Shown: positions 14,052-26,916, numbered from the stretch's first letter. The stretch is 64,000 nt of DNA from Octopus sinensis (GCF_006345805.1 NW_021835997.1:1-64000); one strand, 5' to 3'. The notes: a model not told the origin generated them from the sequence alone. A program made the numbers and translations.

Positions 14052-14289
14052 CGCGCCACATTTAACACCAAATAAAAATACAAGAATCTAGATTCTAGAA
14101 TATAAATAAAATAAAAAAATTATTACTTAAAAAATAATTAATTGTTTAATAATTTTATTTAAATAAATATATTTTGGATTTATATTATTCTAATTGTTTT
14201 TCTTGTCTTGTGCTGAAACTAACAGTAAATGTTTTAAATTCAACTAAAGATGAATTCGAATTCAACTCCCCAAAAGTTAACTTGGATCT

Positions 14290-15653
14290 CCATATATAAG
14301 AGAATGAACAGGAAGATGGGAGTGCATGTGTCTAAATATGAAGAATATCTTATCAGCGGAAGCAAAAGTCTTTGACGAAATTGATGGATCTAAGTATTTG
14401 TGAGTACTTGAGAGTTGAGCTAGAAAAATTTTTAAACCGGACATGATTAAAATAATTCTTGGAGAAATAATCACGAGAATTCAAAGATTAACAAATATAA
14501 AACTAATGGAGTGCACTTGTTCAAAGCAATTAATGAACACACTCTCTCACCGTACAACTATTACATTGGATTAGTCGATATTGGACCATTTAAATATGAA
14601 ATAGACAATACGATTTGGACAAAGTTAATAGAACACAAGATACATTTTCTACGGGAAGAAAACAGAGATTATACCTCCCCCGGAACAATTTTGGAGGAGG
14701 ATTGAGCTCAATTTCTCTTCTAAGTGTACTCATGCTTTTTTGATTTCCTACGGACTTAAAAAAACCAAAGTGGTGTGTGAAAAAGAAGCTTTTCGATTCT
14801 TCATTCTGAAATGCTCAAAAACTCATCTGGAGACTATTGAAGAATATTTGAAGCATAAATATCTTCTTGAAGAATCAGTTTTATTTAACAAAGAACTATT
14901 GGTCGGTGCCCAGAACAAGTACCTACTAGACCAGATTTTTTCAGAATGTTTTCATTCGGAGGATTTTGTGAATGTCAAAAACTCTAGTCACTGAGTGGCC
15001 AAAGGAAATAACTCCCACGGTCTGTCTCGTGCAAGATGGAAATTTATTTTTGCAGAACATAACTCAATGTGTTCTCACTGCATGAGATGGAAGAAGACCG
15101 TCGATCACTGTGCCATTAGATGTGAGAAGATGTTAAATGGAGATTATGTCAGGAGCCATGATGAAGTAGTGAGATACATCCACTTTCATTTTTGTCGAGA
15201 ATTTGGACTCAAGAACGATAAAAAACTCAAAACACAATCGGTAGAATCTGTACCGGCGAATGTGAAGGTTGAAATCAGACTGAAGACACTTCTAAATACA
15301 GACATAATCGTGGAACACAACAAACCCGATTTGTTTGTTTTCGATAAGATAAGGAATCAAATTTTGTTGGTGGAAGTTGGGATAACATCTTCTCAAAACT
15401 TACAACAAGTGGAAATCTAAAAATGAGAAAATATGACCTTTTATCCAAAGAGGTGGAATTAATCTATCATGCGAAAGTGAAAATAGTACCTATTATATTA
15501 ACATGGAATGGGCTGGTTACTCAAAAATTCCTACGATATGCACGTTGGTCTAACATCAGTGAGAGAACGCACGCATACATTCAATCACTCAGTGTAAAGA
15601 AAACCCTTGAAAACAAGATTGTTTCATATAGAAACAGAGTTGAAATGTGGTAA
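14290..15653 (+). mobile_element. Degraded RLE-type (R4/NeSL-like) non-LTR retrotransposon, 3' half
   Basis: KYL*VLE, LFKAINEH and RLYLPRNNFGGGL; CCHC-type CSHC...HC; HDEVVRYIH; HNKPDLFVFDK...LVEVGITS (PD-(D/E)xK nuclease); KYDLL; multiple stops and frameshifts. Confidence 0.85.
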
Positions 15654-16269
15654 AGAACGCTTGAATTGAACAAAAGAATAAACGAGATTTATCACCAAAT
15701 AAGTGAGTTTTCAACATCGCCAGTACCTCAAAGGGAAGGAATACCTAAATCACTTTGCGAATAGACGATGTAGCGACCAGAAAGAAAAGCTTAATTAATA
15801 TCTGAATGTTTAATTATCGATAGTTACTTTTAATATGCGAGTTATACAGGGAAAAATATTTTTAACACTATTAACATTTATTTTATTACACAAAACATAA
15901 TTGGAATAAATGTGAGGATGTCCGTACTGATGGAGAAAAATGTATGATCGGAAATTTTTCTGGAGTTATACCAAAAGTTAAGAAATGGCTCCAAATTGTA
16001 CTATTAGTCATTGTATTCTTCAACGCCTGGGATTTCTACATTAAAAACGGAAAACCCCAAAATAATTATACAACGACCCGGCATATTCATTGATTGCTTT
16101 GAACAAGTTGACTAAATTCAATTTTGTAATCATACCATTAATGATTCTCTATTGTACATCACATTATATTGTTTTTAGTCGTTATTCTTTCAATGAATGC
16201 TCATCTTATCTTATAAAAGTATCCTGAAAACTGTTTCTTCTTTTTAAAAGTGGTTTATATATTAAGTTT

Positions 16270-16620
16270 AAGGAAAATCGAGAAACACAATTACTCTTAT
16301 CGAGGTGGGGATCACTTCACAAAATTGTCTCAAACAGGTCGAAGTGGAAAAGTTCCACAAATACGACTTGCTGGCGAATGAACTGGGAGCAATCCACCGG
16401 GCGAAAGTAAAGATCGTCCCTGTCGTCATGACATGGGATGGAATAGTGTCAAAATCTTTCAAAAACCATCTGGCGGTGCTTGGTGTGGAAAACAGGGTGA
16501 GGACATACATCCAGACACTGGTGTTGGAAAAGATCTTAGAAAGCATGCAAGCCGAGACAAGGCATGGGCTATCGATGCCTGTTGAAGAGGTAGTCCCTGA
16601 ATCTATACCATTTTCAAGTC
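16270..16620 (+). mobile_element. Second RLE endonuclease C-terminal fragment of the same family
   Basis: EVGITSQNCLKQVEVEKFHKYDLLANELGAIHRAKVKIVPVVMTWDGIV...YIQTLVLEKILES, paralogous to 15360-15653. Confidence 0.8.
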
Positions 16621-17989
16621 AATTTGTCAATGCTTTAATTAATTGATTAAAAAATTAGTCACGTGTCTTTGTTTTGATGAGTCATTGTGTTTTTTTATAA
16701 GTTTATCAAAATACAGCTTACTTCTATTAGAACAACTATGTCGCTGATAATTAACAATCGCTATAAATCTCTGAATTTAAAAGAAAAAATCGCCATTTTT
16801 GAATACTGCAAAAAAACAATTAGGCGCAACATAATCTGAATCACTTTGGACGGGACTGCTTATTTTAAAGCTGAGAAGATTGATTTATGGAGTCACGATG
16901 GAATAGTGGGCCCTAAGAGGAAGAGTTGACATGAATCTGCCCATCCGTGCACAGAATGTGGGCCCTAAGAGGTTGATGGAATAAAACACTACAAATAACG
17001 AAAAGGGAATAACTATTAATTATAATTTGTTAATTTTTTATTAAGTTTAAAACAAGTTCTTGACCGTCAAGTGTTGAAAAAAACGAGTACATAAGTTGTT
17101 GAGGTTAATTACCATACTTAAGCTAGACTATTGAATGTAGTGCTCATACATACAGATAGCACAATACTGTAGCATCATTGGGAAACTACCATTGTATGAT
17201 AGTACTATGACATATGCACAAAAACAGACAAAACATGCAGATATAATATTTAACTTTACAAAATTATTAAAATATTTTACATAAAATAATATTATAATAA
17301 ATAATGTATTAAAAAAAGATATGAGTTTGAATTCATTTTTATAACTAGGACAAAGGAATTATGTTTCCTATAAAATAAATGTTCTCCGGCCTTTCATTTT
17401 TGATCAACAATCTTTGAAGCATGTGGAAGTCGAGAATTACATCAATACGATCTTTTTGCAAGCGAATTGAAGTTAATCCTTTAGAATCAATAAATAAAAT
17501 GCGCGATTTAAATTGTTAGTGTAATTTATAAGATCAGTTTTCCTCTGAGTTGACTATCTCTTCGTTTGTGAACTCGTCGTCCTGCCCTTCTCTTTCGCTT
17601 GAAGATTAGTACCGTCCGGAATGTCTTGTTGGTCATCAATCGTATCATTGGACTCCTCATTTGCCGAAAGAGCATTCGTCGAAATCACAATTTTAGGGAT
17701 TGTGTCTGATGGGACTTCTGTGGAATTTGTTCTTCCGTTTTTTTCAATGTTATCATCTGACTCTAATGACTGGAATAAAATATATATTGAAAATGAACTT
17801 GTGTAATTTTAGATGTTCGCTGGATTTTTCATCCCAATAATCTGTCGCCTCCCATGCTGGCTACATGTTACTTGTCAATAGATCATTTTACAAGGTTAGG
17901 TGTCATAATTAACACTGTTTCTACCATGCCTTACTCATATTTAATATTTTTAGCGCTATTTCTGAATTTCAACATTCCCTCTTTAAAAT

Positions 17990-18330
17990 GTTTTTCCCTA
18001 CATATAATAATAGTTTTTGTGAAAAATATCCAGAATATCAATCTATTCAAAAACACAAACAAGTTATTTGCATGGATAATGAAAGTGAAATGCAAACTAT
18101 TGCAGATTCTATTTATCGAAATAGCCATTCTGGAATTCGCAAACTGCAGCAGGAATGTTTACACTCTTATTTTGCGGAAAATTATAGAAGAGTTACAAAT
18201 AATGCACAATTTGTAAGTTTTCTATTCCACTTAAAGTACAAAATTTAAAAATTAATCGCAGATTTCCGATCTAAATTCCATGTTATTGCCAAAAGACCAA
18301 ATGGACGATTCCAAGGAGACTTTGACACGA
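17990..18330 (+). mobile_element. Ginger/Gypsy-like integrase remnant (zinc-binding region to start of core)
   Basis: HSGIRKLQQECLHSYF followed by HVIAKRPNGRFQGD; ICMDNESE resembles ICLNDHEQ at ~13310. Confidence 0.5.
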
Positions 18331-18539
18331 ATTCCAACAGACTTTATAAATTTTTCATAAAATCGACTAGTGGTTTATTTTATTAGATATATGAGATTAA
18401 GACACGTTCGGGGTATCTAAAATAATTAATATGAATCGAGTAAAAAAAAAGACGCTTAATTTTAATAAATTTTTTATTGTTGAAACGCTTATTACTTAGA
18501 ACCAATGCAATTAATTTTGACAGTCACTATGACATCAAC

Positions 18540-18770
18540 AAGAACTCCACAGATCTTCTCTCTACCAAAGACTTCTCCCGCAAGTCGACCTCCGACTTTT
18601 TGAACGCCCAAGAGACACTTCAGTTCTACTCTGACGTACGAGGAAATCAAGCGTTCAATTCAATCTTTCGGGAAAGCAGCTGTGGGGGCCTAGACGGACT
18701 ACGCCCAGGCCACTTAAAAGACCTTATTTCTCAAACGACTGCCGAGGCAGCCATCGACCGAGGTCTTTGA
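18540..18770 (+). mobile_element. CRE-like non-LTR RT N-terminal fragment
   Basis: SSCGGLDGLRPGHLKDL matches the GSAGGxDGLRPxHLKDL motif of CRE-like RTs. Confidence 0.7.
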
Positions 18771-20189
18771 ACCTTGCTTTCTTTGCGAATTTAGCAGTTT
18801 TAATCTCCTAAAGGACTAAAGAACGATTACCTCACAAAACTTAGAAGGTTTGATCACAAAAAGACTTTCAAACATCAAAATCTCGCTAAAGTTAAATACG
18901 TCGTGAAAATCGAGATATGGCGATAATATTATAGACGGAAATGCGGAACTGACAGACGAATATGTATGCATACGACTCCTGTACTGGAATAACTAGACTA
19001 TAATGTCAGGTTAAACCTATTTGATGTTTTATTTTGAACGAAATTTTGACAGATCTAGCGTAGTCCTTGCCTAGATGCTCTCAATTTTTCTGCCAATCCA
19101 AGCTACTGACAATGCTCCTGACCTTAGTTATGTTTGACCAGAGCGATTTTGTGTTGATGCGTTTGTCTTCCGCATTTTATTGGTCGATTTAGGGATCATT
19201 TCCTTTTTCACCGACTGAATTTTTGACACAAGGAAAACTTGGAGTCGGTGGGGGAAGAATTTGGTTGTGGAGAACTGACTCGAAGGACTAATTCACTACT
19301 TTATTTGCCGAGTCGGTGAGAGACTTTTTAGGCTTTTGTGGAGTATGACTGCTTTCTATGTACCAAGATGATCCATTCAGGTCTGCAGTGGTAGAGAAAT
19401 GTTTTACCTGTCAATATTTTAGAATAAATGTCAACGTGTCTGATTGATTTTGGGAGTTTGCTTGATTAGCGAGTGCAGTGGTACCTAAGAATCTTACTGT
19501 GGGAATTGCAATATTAGTAATCTTACTATCTTAATGTGGGCTGATGGCCAAATGCAAATACTCTTTACAATGTGGGAATTGCAATATTAGTATTATTCAA
19601 TTCAAATCGCTTAATTATAGTCAACAAAATTATCTAATTAAGATTCCAGATCGTCAGTGATTTCCTTCTTCGCTTGAAGAAGAGTTTGCCACAAACTTCC
19701 TTTTATTTTCCTTTTTCGTGTCAAGGTTTTTATTCAGCTAAGTGTCTTCTCCGCATTCCGATTTACAAATTAATTGGTATGTCCTTCTTATTTTTCAATA
19801 GATAACTTTCCATATGACTTTTAAGAATTTTGAAGAAAACTCCATTTCATGTCAAGATTAAAAAAAAATCTTTACTTTTGTTTCATAGAACCACCGCCAT
19901 TTCGTTTGCAAACAGTCGCATTTGTACAAAATTCTTCATTTTAACTCACTTTAAGCTGTCGTGTAAGATAATGTCCACTTCAATTAAAGTTACAGTCAAA
20001 ACCTTTTTTAATATACCATCGAAAAATGAGCTCCTTTTTACCGAAAATGAGATTCTGTTTTTCCATTTTTTTTCTATTTTCTTTGAACTCTTTTTTTAAT
20101 TTGCTTTTATTCGAATTTGAGCTTCCGAGTTTTAAAGCTAATTCTTTTATTTGCTCTAAAAGTCTCTAATTACAGAATCATGAATAATA

Positions 20190-21140
20190 TTTGTTTCTAG
20201 GAATTTCCTAGTATCAAATAGTCCAATTGGCAATTATTTTTAAATATCGAAGATATCCACAAGATCAATTGAAGGGGTGCCACTGGTTTCAACCTCATGT
20301 CGACGTTAGAAATATCTTGTTGGTATCTCTTTTGCCAATTGTCAAAGTTCAATATTTCCACAGCCAAACGTCCATTTAGAGACGTACTTTTTTCTTTACT
20401 GCTCGATTCTGAATTATCGTTTAAGTTTCAATCTGGCAACTGTCAGTTTATAGTCACTGTAATTTATCGTTCTTCCATAGAGTCTGACAACAATCTCTTT
20501 AATAGATTGGGAAGGTAACATAGTAAATTTGATTATATATACACATACAGCTGCCATTTTTGGATCTCCTGGTGCCGACCCAAGTGCCTTGCGGAGTTTT
20601 CAAAGGTGATAAAGCTGATGAATTACAAAAATCAATGAGTGAGTGTCCAGAGAGATTTCGAAAAACTTCGTTTTTGTGTCTCAAGCCAGCTTTAGCATCT
20701 CAATCACTACAGATAAAAGTCATTGTAGAATTATTGTTCGGCGGTATGTTTTTCGCAAAGATTTCGTAAAATTCGTCTAATTCATCATTTTAGAAAATTC
20801 TGCTCATACGTGGAGCATAAACGTTGAAAATGGTCATCATGAAATTCTCCGTGGATGATAAATGTCATTGCATAACAGCAACACGGTCCATTGACTGTCC
20901 ATATTTTATGCAGGCAATTCATTAGGTTTCAAATTGATAGCAAAACCAAGACCGCAGTGACGATTGTCAGGCGCGAGTAGAGAATGCGATAGTTACCAAA
21001 GGTTCCTTCAAATCCAAAAGCGTCTTCGTCTATTGAATGCAACAGATACCATTTGTAGCGTGCCAGATCCTCAGCCAATTGTTTCCTCTTGATTGGAGAT
21101 GATAACTTCGAACATTGTATGTGACGATGGTGATCAGGAT
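20190..21140 (-). mobile_element. Degraded RTE-type LINE AP-endonuclease fragment
   Basis: FYAP...DELDEFY...D*DAKAG and TWVGTRRSKNG...IYNQIYYV, related to the copies at 46748 and 56096. Confidence 0.7.
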
Positions 21141-21429
21141 TTTGAATTTTAGCATGCTAAAGTATGATTTTTCCTGAGAAAAACTGAAGCACGTCACCAT
21201 TTCAATCAGTATATTTTCCTGTAAATAAAATAAAATTGGATGAGCAATCGCAACTATTTATGATTATTAAACGAAAATGTAGTGGCGATAATTTGGTAAA
21301 TACTTGTATGTTTTTTAATGGAATTCGTTCTTCATCCCAGCATTTATGTTTATTATTGTTATTTTCGCACTGACGAAAAATCATAAGCTAAAGTTTTCCT
21401 TGTGGCACGGTTAGTATTCTTTTCCAGAT

Positions 21430-22040
21430 GGGTTTCTATGTCTCTCTGTTGTTTGCTAGTGTTCGTAGTGCATAGAAATCCTCTTCAATTTGCAATTTTT
21501 TTTTTATTCCTGCTAAGCCTTTGTTTAATGCGGTAAGTAGGGTGGCTCTGGGCTTTTTAACGGAGCCCCTTCGGGTCTGAAAAAATAGCTTTTCATCGCG
21601 ATTGCGGTGGAGTGAGACTGTCGAGTCAAAATTGGCCAAAAAACCTCCATTTAGAATTCAGGATTTCCATGGAAATGGAAACGGCCAGCGCTACGACGGC
21701 AAAATAGGGAATTCTATGTTTATAATTCTTCTCAATTAATTTTGATAAATTGTTTAAAACTGTTTATTAAGCTTTGGTGATTCCCCATGTCGATCTGTTA
21801 TACGTCAGGACTGGAACAACAAACGCCTTATAAATTTTAGTTTTGTCTCTGTATTTAATCTTCTTTTGACGCCAAATGTTTAAGAGTTTATTATACATAG
21901 CGATTGATGGTATCCATCTATAGGTGACATCTCCAGAGTCACCTAGCAGTAATCCGACTTTTTGTGCTTTCTCCAGGATTCATCATAAGTGCGTTTAGCT
22001 AGAACAATTTTCGTGTATGTCACAGTCCAGACATGAGCCA
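21430..22040 (-). mobile_element. Degraded RTE-type LINE RT C-terminal fragment
   Basis: KKVGLLLG, KTKIYKAFVVPVLTYNRSTW and KPRATLLTALNKGL...LRTLANNR. Confidence 0.7.
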
Positions 22041-22339
22041 CGCCGGACGTGAGTCACTTTTCAAAAATTAATGAAAATAAATAAAAAATAACTAAATAGA
22101 TATAACTTACTCCAATTATACCATATTAGTGTTTTTTATGTTTTTTTGGATAAAAGTTAATAATATTCACCCACAAAAAACAACATTAACGCATTTTTGG
22201 CCCGACATAACGTTTTAACTTAAATTTTTTTGTATTTAGAAACAATTTTAAAATATTAAAAATTATTTTTTTAATTCCTTAGCCGACTAAAATGTACTTT
22301 TTCAATAATTTCCCCCTCTTTATTTTCTAAATCTAATGT

Positions 22340-23045
22340 GCCACCGTCCTGTTTTATCACTCTGTATGCAGATGTATCTATCTGGTCATACAGAGGATAT
22401 TTTCTTGTGTTTTCATTTATATCTTAATCCATCCGTAAAAGTGCGTAATCTTCAACTGATATTTCCTCTTCATCAAATCTCCATCTTCTCCTTTTTTTCA
22501 TTTTTTCCCCTGCACTTTCCAAATTGTTAAGTACGTCTTTTTGCATTTTATTTACTTCTTCGCTTTCTTGATACACAAAATCTACTTCTTCGTATTCATT
22601 TTCTCCTTATCGTAAAATAATTTCATAATTACCAGTAAAAGCAAATAAAGACTGCATAATGTAATCATCTAGTTTTTTTTCATATCCCACTCCCATAAAA
22701 ATGTTAAATGGAATATACTTTGTTGTGTCATGTTTAGAATTATTATATTCGTAGACAATTCTTTAATAATTGGATGATATTTCGCAAACATTCCATTTGA
22801 AGCGCTTCGTTTTATAGATTGGTTAAATCTTAAAATTAACAAAATAAATATACCGTTCTACCTGACCTTGTATCCATGGGGCACGTGGTCTTCCACATAT
22901 GTGCTCAGGGCCAAACTTTGTACACATTTCCTCAATCATATTGTTTTTGAACTCCTTTCCATTATCTGTTTGCAAGATTAATGGAGCTCCAATCATCATA
23001 AAATGTTTTCAATAATAAGCACTATTTCTATTCTGCCATTATAAA
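22340..23045 (-). mobile_element. Ginger-like (retroviral-type DDE) integrase remnant with a 25-nt intron
   Basis: GAPLILQTDNGKEFKN...GRPRAPWIQGQVER|FNQSIKR...YNNSKH; GT-AG intron at 22829-22853. Confidence 0.75.
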
Positions 23046-23049
23046 CTGC

Positions 23050-23660
23050 TTTCGTTACTGCTCGGCGATTGTCGTGTTAAAGTCAGTTTATGCCCTGGTT
23101 CGACTACTGATTAACACGTTTCCCGAAGTCTTTTCCAATTCAAAAGTTGTCCTCATCAGGAACGAACTTGAAGAACTGCAAACACTAAAACAATTCCTTC
23201 AACAACAGTTTTTGAGTGATGCCTTCGTGAACACTGAGATGTTGAGTGGTGTCTTTTCTAGGTTGAATACATCCTCTATCAATGTGATATACAACTCTTT
23301 GTCCTTGCTAAAGATTGGGATGGAGTGTTATCCGACATACGCTGATCTATTTTTGCCTCAGGCATTGAGATGCGCCCGAAAGACTTGTCACTTATTTCAT
23401 CGATAATCAGCGTTTCCAGTGCGAAGGGTTGCACTCAGCTCTGTCAGTAATGGTGCATTCGAATATGTGTAGTCACTGATTTAATTTCGACTGCTATACA
23501 CATAATCAAGCATCGTTGTGGAGTTATGAATTCGAAAACCAGCGACAATTCCTAACTATGCTACAAGAACTAATATTAGGGACAAATGACACCAAAATTG
23601 TGACTTTGATATTGAATGCTGTAGAAACGTGGATATTGAATGCAGTCAGACTTCTCCTTT
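23050..23660 (+). pseudogene. TRRAP: Internal fragment of TRRAP/Tra1-like HEAT scaffold
   Basis: LKSVYALVRLLINTFP...ELEEL, LSLLKIGMECYPTYADLF...RCARK and QRQFLTMLQELILGTNDTKIVTLILNAVETW follow, in order, the remembered TRRAP segments VHSLLSRLMSIFP...ELECL, LMILKSACSNNPSYID and RKNFI...LIEKSPDAKILRAVVKIVEEW; in-frame TAA present. Confidence 0.6.
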
Positions 23661-24031
23661 ACTCATTTAATTAGTCTAGCCAGTCCCAGTCACTATTTCC
23701 TAGTGAACAAAACAAAATTCTCCAATTGAATCCGAAAATGTATTTTTTGACGGCTTTATAATTTTTACAGGAGGAAGAAAATCCGGACTAATTTAATAAT
23801 TAAATTTGAAAAGTTTGTTTATCCTTTAAAACTTGAACAAATTGAAGATCCTTAATTTAGATTTGTATTACATTGCTCAAAAATAATTACGATACTTCTC
23901 GTTTTCGGATTTATAATTTACTAGCTCGGCAGCTCGCTTCGCTCACCGCGACCTAGCTCCTGCGGAGGGCCTGTTTCATCAAACAACTATAAGTTTATGT
24001 AGATGTATAAAACTACCTGGTTTAAGTAACC

Positions 24032-24478
24032 CTATTCTATCGCCTGTTGATAAACGATGTTTGTCGTCCGTCCTTCCTTGGCATATATGAATAAATTTTC
24101 TCTTCTGCCTACCCTCGAGCATCCCACATACAGCTGTCCATGTGAAAAGCACTCACTCTCTAAAAATACCCTACTACCTTAATGACTGTCCCTGGGCCTT
24201 GTTTATTGTCATTGCAAAACTCATCCTCAAAGAAATTGCAGCCTTTTAAATCTACATGGTAATTCATCAGAAATTATCGGAATTCGTGGAATATAAACAT
24301 CCTCACCTCTATACTTACCTGTGAATATCGTCGCCTCTATTACGTTAGCCATCAAATTTTGATAACTAACCTCGTTCCGTTGCATAATTTAGGTGGCGCA
24401 AGATTTCGTAATAAAACCACTGGAACGCCTATCTTTAACTTTAAAAGATGATCGGCATTCCAGAGGGATCTAAGGAGT
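24032..24478 (-). pseudogene. Helitron RepHel Pif1-helicase C-terminal remnant
   Basis: PSGMPDHLLKLKIGVPVVLLRNLAPPKLCNGTRL...FAMTINKAQGQS...FSHGQLYVGCSRVG...NIVYQ with frameshifts. Confidence 0.92.
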
Positions 24479-25039
24479 TTTAAAAATTCAATCCGGTTGA
24501 ATTTTTAGAAAATAACAAAAAATAAAGAAAAACAAATAAAATGAATAATTTAAACAAAAAAATAAAAAAAACAAAAAAAAACTTTAAAAATTTGTAAAAT
24601 GGTATAAACAAAAAAAATCTCTGCCGCCACGGCAACAACCAGTCTAATTTTTAACAGCCAATTAAGATAATGCTTAAGAACCTTTATAGTCCGGAGATTT
24701 AGCTTAGTGACCTTGATTAGAGAAACCACTGGCGGAAATGGGGCAGCCGGAGATGCGGCAGGCAGAGTAGCAGCAGCCAAAAAGCGACCACAAAAAGATT
24801 TAATTAATTACCTTAAGCTGACCGTTTTTTTCTTCAGCTTCGTTTTTCCTCCTTCGGTATCTATTTAAAAAATTATTTTGAATAATAAAAAAGTTTAGGA
24901 AAAGAGGCATACCAAAAATAATTCTATCTTTACGAAAAACTTAACTAAATAGTTAATATTTTTACGCAAATTCTTCTGATCATTGTTAATATTCTCGCTG
25001 TCGTTTTCATCAAGGATATTCTTAATACGTGAGATTTTT

Positions 25040-26308
25040 GCCTCGAAGGTTTTAATAGGCCTCATCATGAATGTCGAGGACATTAACGTTGTTCATTTTA
25101 ATCAAATGCAGAAAATAATTTTTTGATTTTTTGGCGGGAGGTTTTAAGGACCTCATCATGTAAGTCGAGGACATCGTAGTTGTTCATTTTACCCAAATGC
25201 AGAAAATTTTTTTTTAATTTTTTTTTGGGGGGAAGTTTTAAGGACCTCATCATGTAAGTCGAGGACATCGTAGTTGTTCATTTTAACCAAAATGCAGAAA
25301 TTTTTTTTTAATTTTTTTTTTGGGGGAAGGTTTTAAGGACTTCATCATGTAAGTCGAGGACATCGTAGTTGTTCATTTTAACCAAAATGCAGAAATTTTT
25401 TTTTAATTTTTTTTTGGGGGGGAAGGTTTTAAGGACTTCATCATGTAAGTCGAGGACATTGTAGTTGTTCATTTTAACCAAAATGCAGAAAATTTTTTTT
25501 TAATTTTTTTTTGGGGGGAAGGTTTTAAGGACTTCATCATGTAAGTCGAGGACATTGTAGTTCTTCATTTTAACCAAAGCAGAAAATTTTTTTTAATTTT
25601 TTTGGGGGGGAAGGTTTTAAGGACTTCATCATGTAAGTCGAGGACATTGTAGTTGTTCATTTTAACCAAAATGCAGAAAATTTTTTTTTAATTTTTTTTG
25701 GGGGAAGGTTTTAAGGACCTCATCATGTAAGTCGAGGACATTGTAGTTGTTCATTTTAACCAAAATGCAGAAATTTTTTTTTTAATTTTTTTTGGGGGGA
25801 AGGTTTTAAGGACTTCATCATGTAAGTCGAGGACATTGTATTGTTCATTTTAACCAAAATGCAGAAAAATTTTTTTAATTTTTTTTGGGGGAAGGTTTTA
25901 AGGACTTCATCATGTAAGTCGAGGACATTGTAGTTGTTCATTTTAACCAAAATGCAGAAAATTTTTTTTAATTTTTTTGGGGGGAAGGTTTTAAGGACTT
26001 CATCATGTAAGTCGAGGACATTGTATTTGTTCATTTTAACCAAAATGCAGAAAATTTTTTTTTAATTTTTTTTGGGGGGAAGGTTTAAGGACTTCATCAT
26101 GTAAGTCGAGACATTGTAGTTGTTCATTTTAACCAAATGCAGAAAATTTTTTTTTTAATTTTTTTGGGGGAAGGTTTTAAGGACTTCATCATGTAAGTCG
26201 AGGACATTGTAGTTGTTCATTTTAACCAAAATGCAGAAAATTTTTTTTTAATTTTTTTTTGGGGGGAAGTTTTAAGGACCTCATCATGTAAGTCGAGGAC
26301 ATCGTATT
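25040..26308. repeat. Tandem array of ~94-bp units, ~13 full copies plus partial, inside the Helitron
   Basis: Unit core catcatgtaagtcgaggacat...ttttaaccaaaatgcagaaa(T)n aa(T)n(G)n aaggttttaaggac; copies differ mostly in homopolymer length. Confidence 0.97.
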
Positions 26309-26334
26309 GCCAATTTGAAGTTGGTGTGCACACA

Positions 26335-26356
26335 CAGACAGACAGACAGACAGACA
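26335..26356. repeat. (CAGA)n microsatellite near Helitron 5' end
   Basis: cagacagacagacagacagaca. Confidence 0.9.
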
Positions 26357-26916
26357 CACACCATACCATTTTATTATTAAGAAGAAATAGGGATCATTAC
26401 CACACATTTTGTTTTATTGTTAAAAATCCTGAGTATTTAATATTTTTAAAAAAGAATTAAAAATTGTCATTTTAATTTTCAGCCATTTGTTCTAATTATA
26501 AACATTTTTGTTGCTATTTTGTATTGAATGACGTCGCATTGTCATCTTTAATTATTTAGGGGATAGTCATTAGTTTGGTATTATTATCTATGCAAAATAA
26601 GTTGGCCGATTTCTGGACTAATGGCTACCCACATATTGATTACAGTTGTATTCAAATAGCCAGATAAACGCTGATAAAACTCGATATTTGGTATAAAAAA
26701 GAGGCAATCGGAGAAAATGTATTTGGCGACTTTGTTTATCGTTTTCTAAAGTCGACACGAGTACAATATGTGGTCAATGGGGTCGGGAGGGTCAATCACA
26801 ACGAGGTGGAGCGGTTGTTTATTTGGGTAGAAAACTATTCAAAGTCCTTTAAATACTCTTAATAATGTGATTTCAATATCCAGGGGGACTTTGATGTGCA
26901 TGAAGCTTAAACAAAG

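Larger units (their letters stand above)
23921..26393 (-). mobile_element. Non-autonomous Helitron with both termini
   Basis: Minus strand: A|TCCCTATT... at 26393 and ...GAGCGAAGCGAGCTGCCGAGCTAG|T at 23921. This gives 5' TC, 3' CTAG, a GC-rich subterminal segment, an A|T target and no TSD. Contains a Pif1 remnant, a tandem array and a (GTCT)n tract near the 5' end. Confidence 0.85.

Noticed and set aside
24550-24780. Ala/Pro-rich ORF inside the Helitron
   Set aside because: Low-complexity GC patch with no homology or splice support
25040-26308. CRISPR-like array
   Set aside because: Units are contiguous near-identical tandem copies with no unique spacers, there are no cas genes, the context is eukaryotic, and the array lies inside a Helitron
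26580-26860. WYKKEAIGENVFG resembling DUF3504/Crypton-related sequence
   Set aside because: Too short and interrupted to support a call
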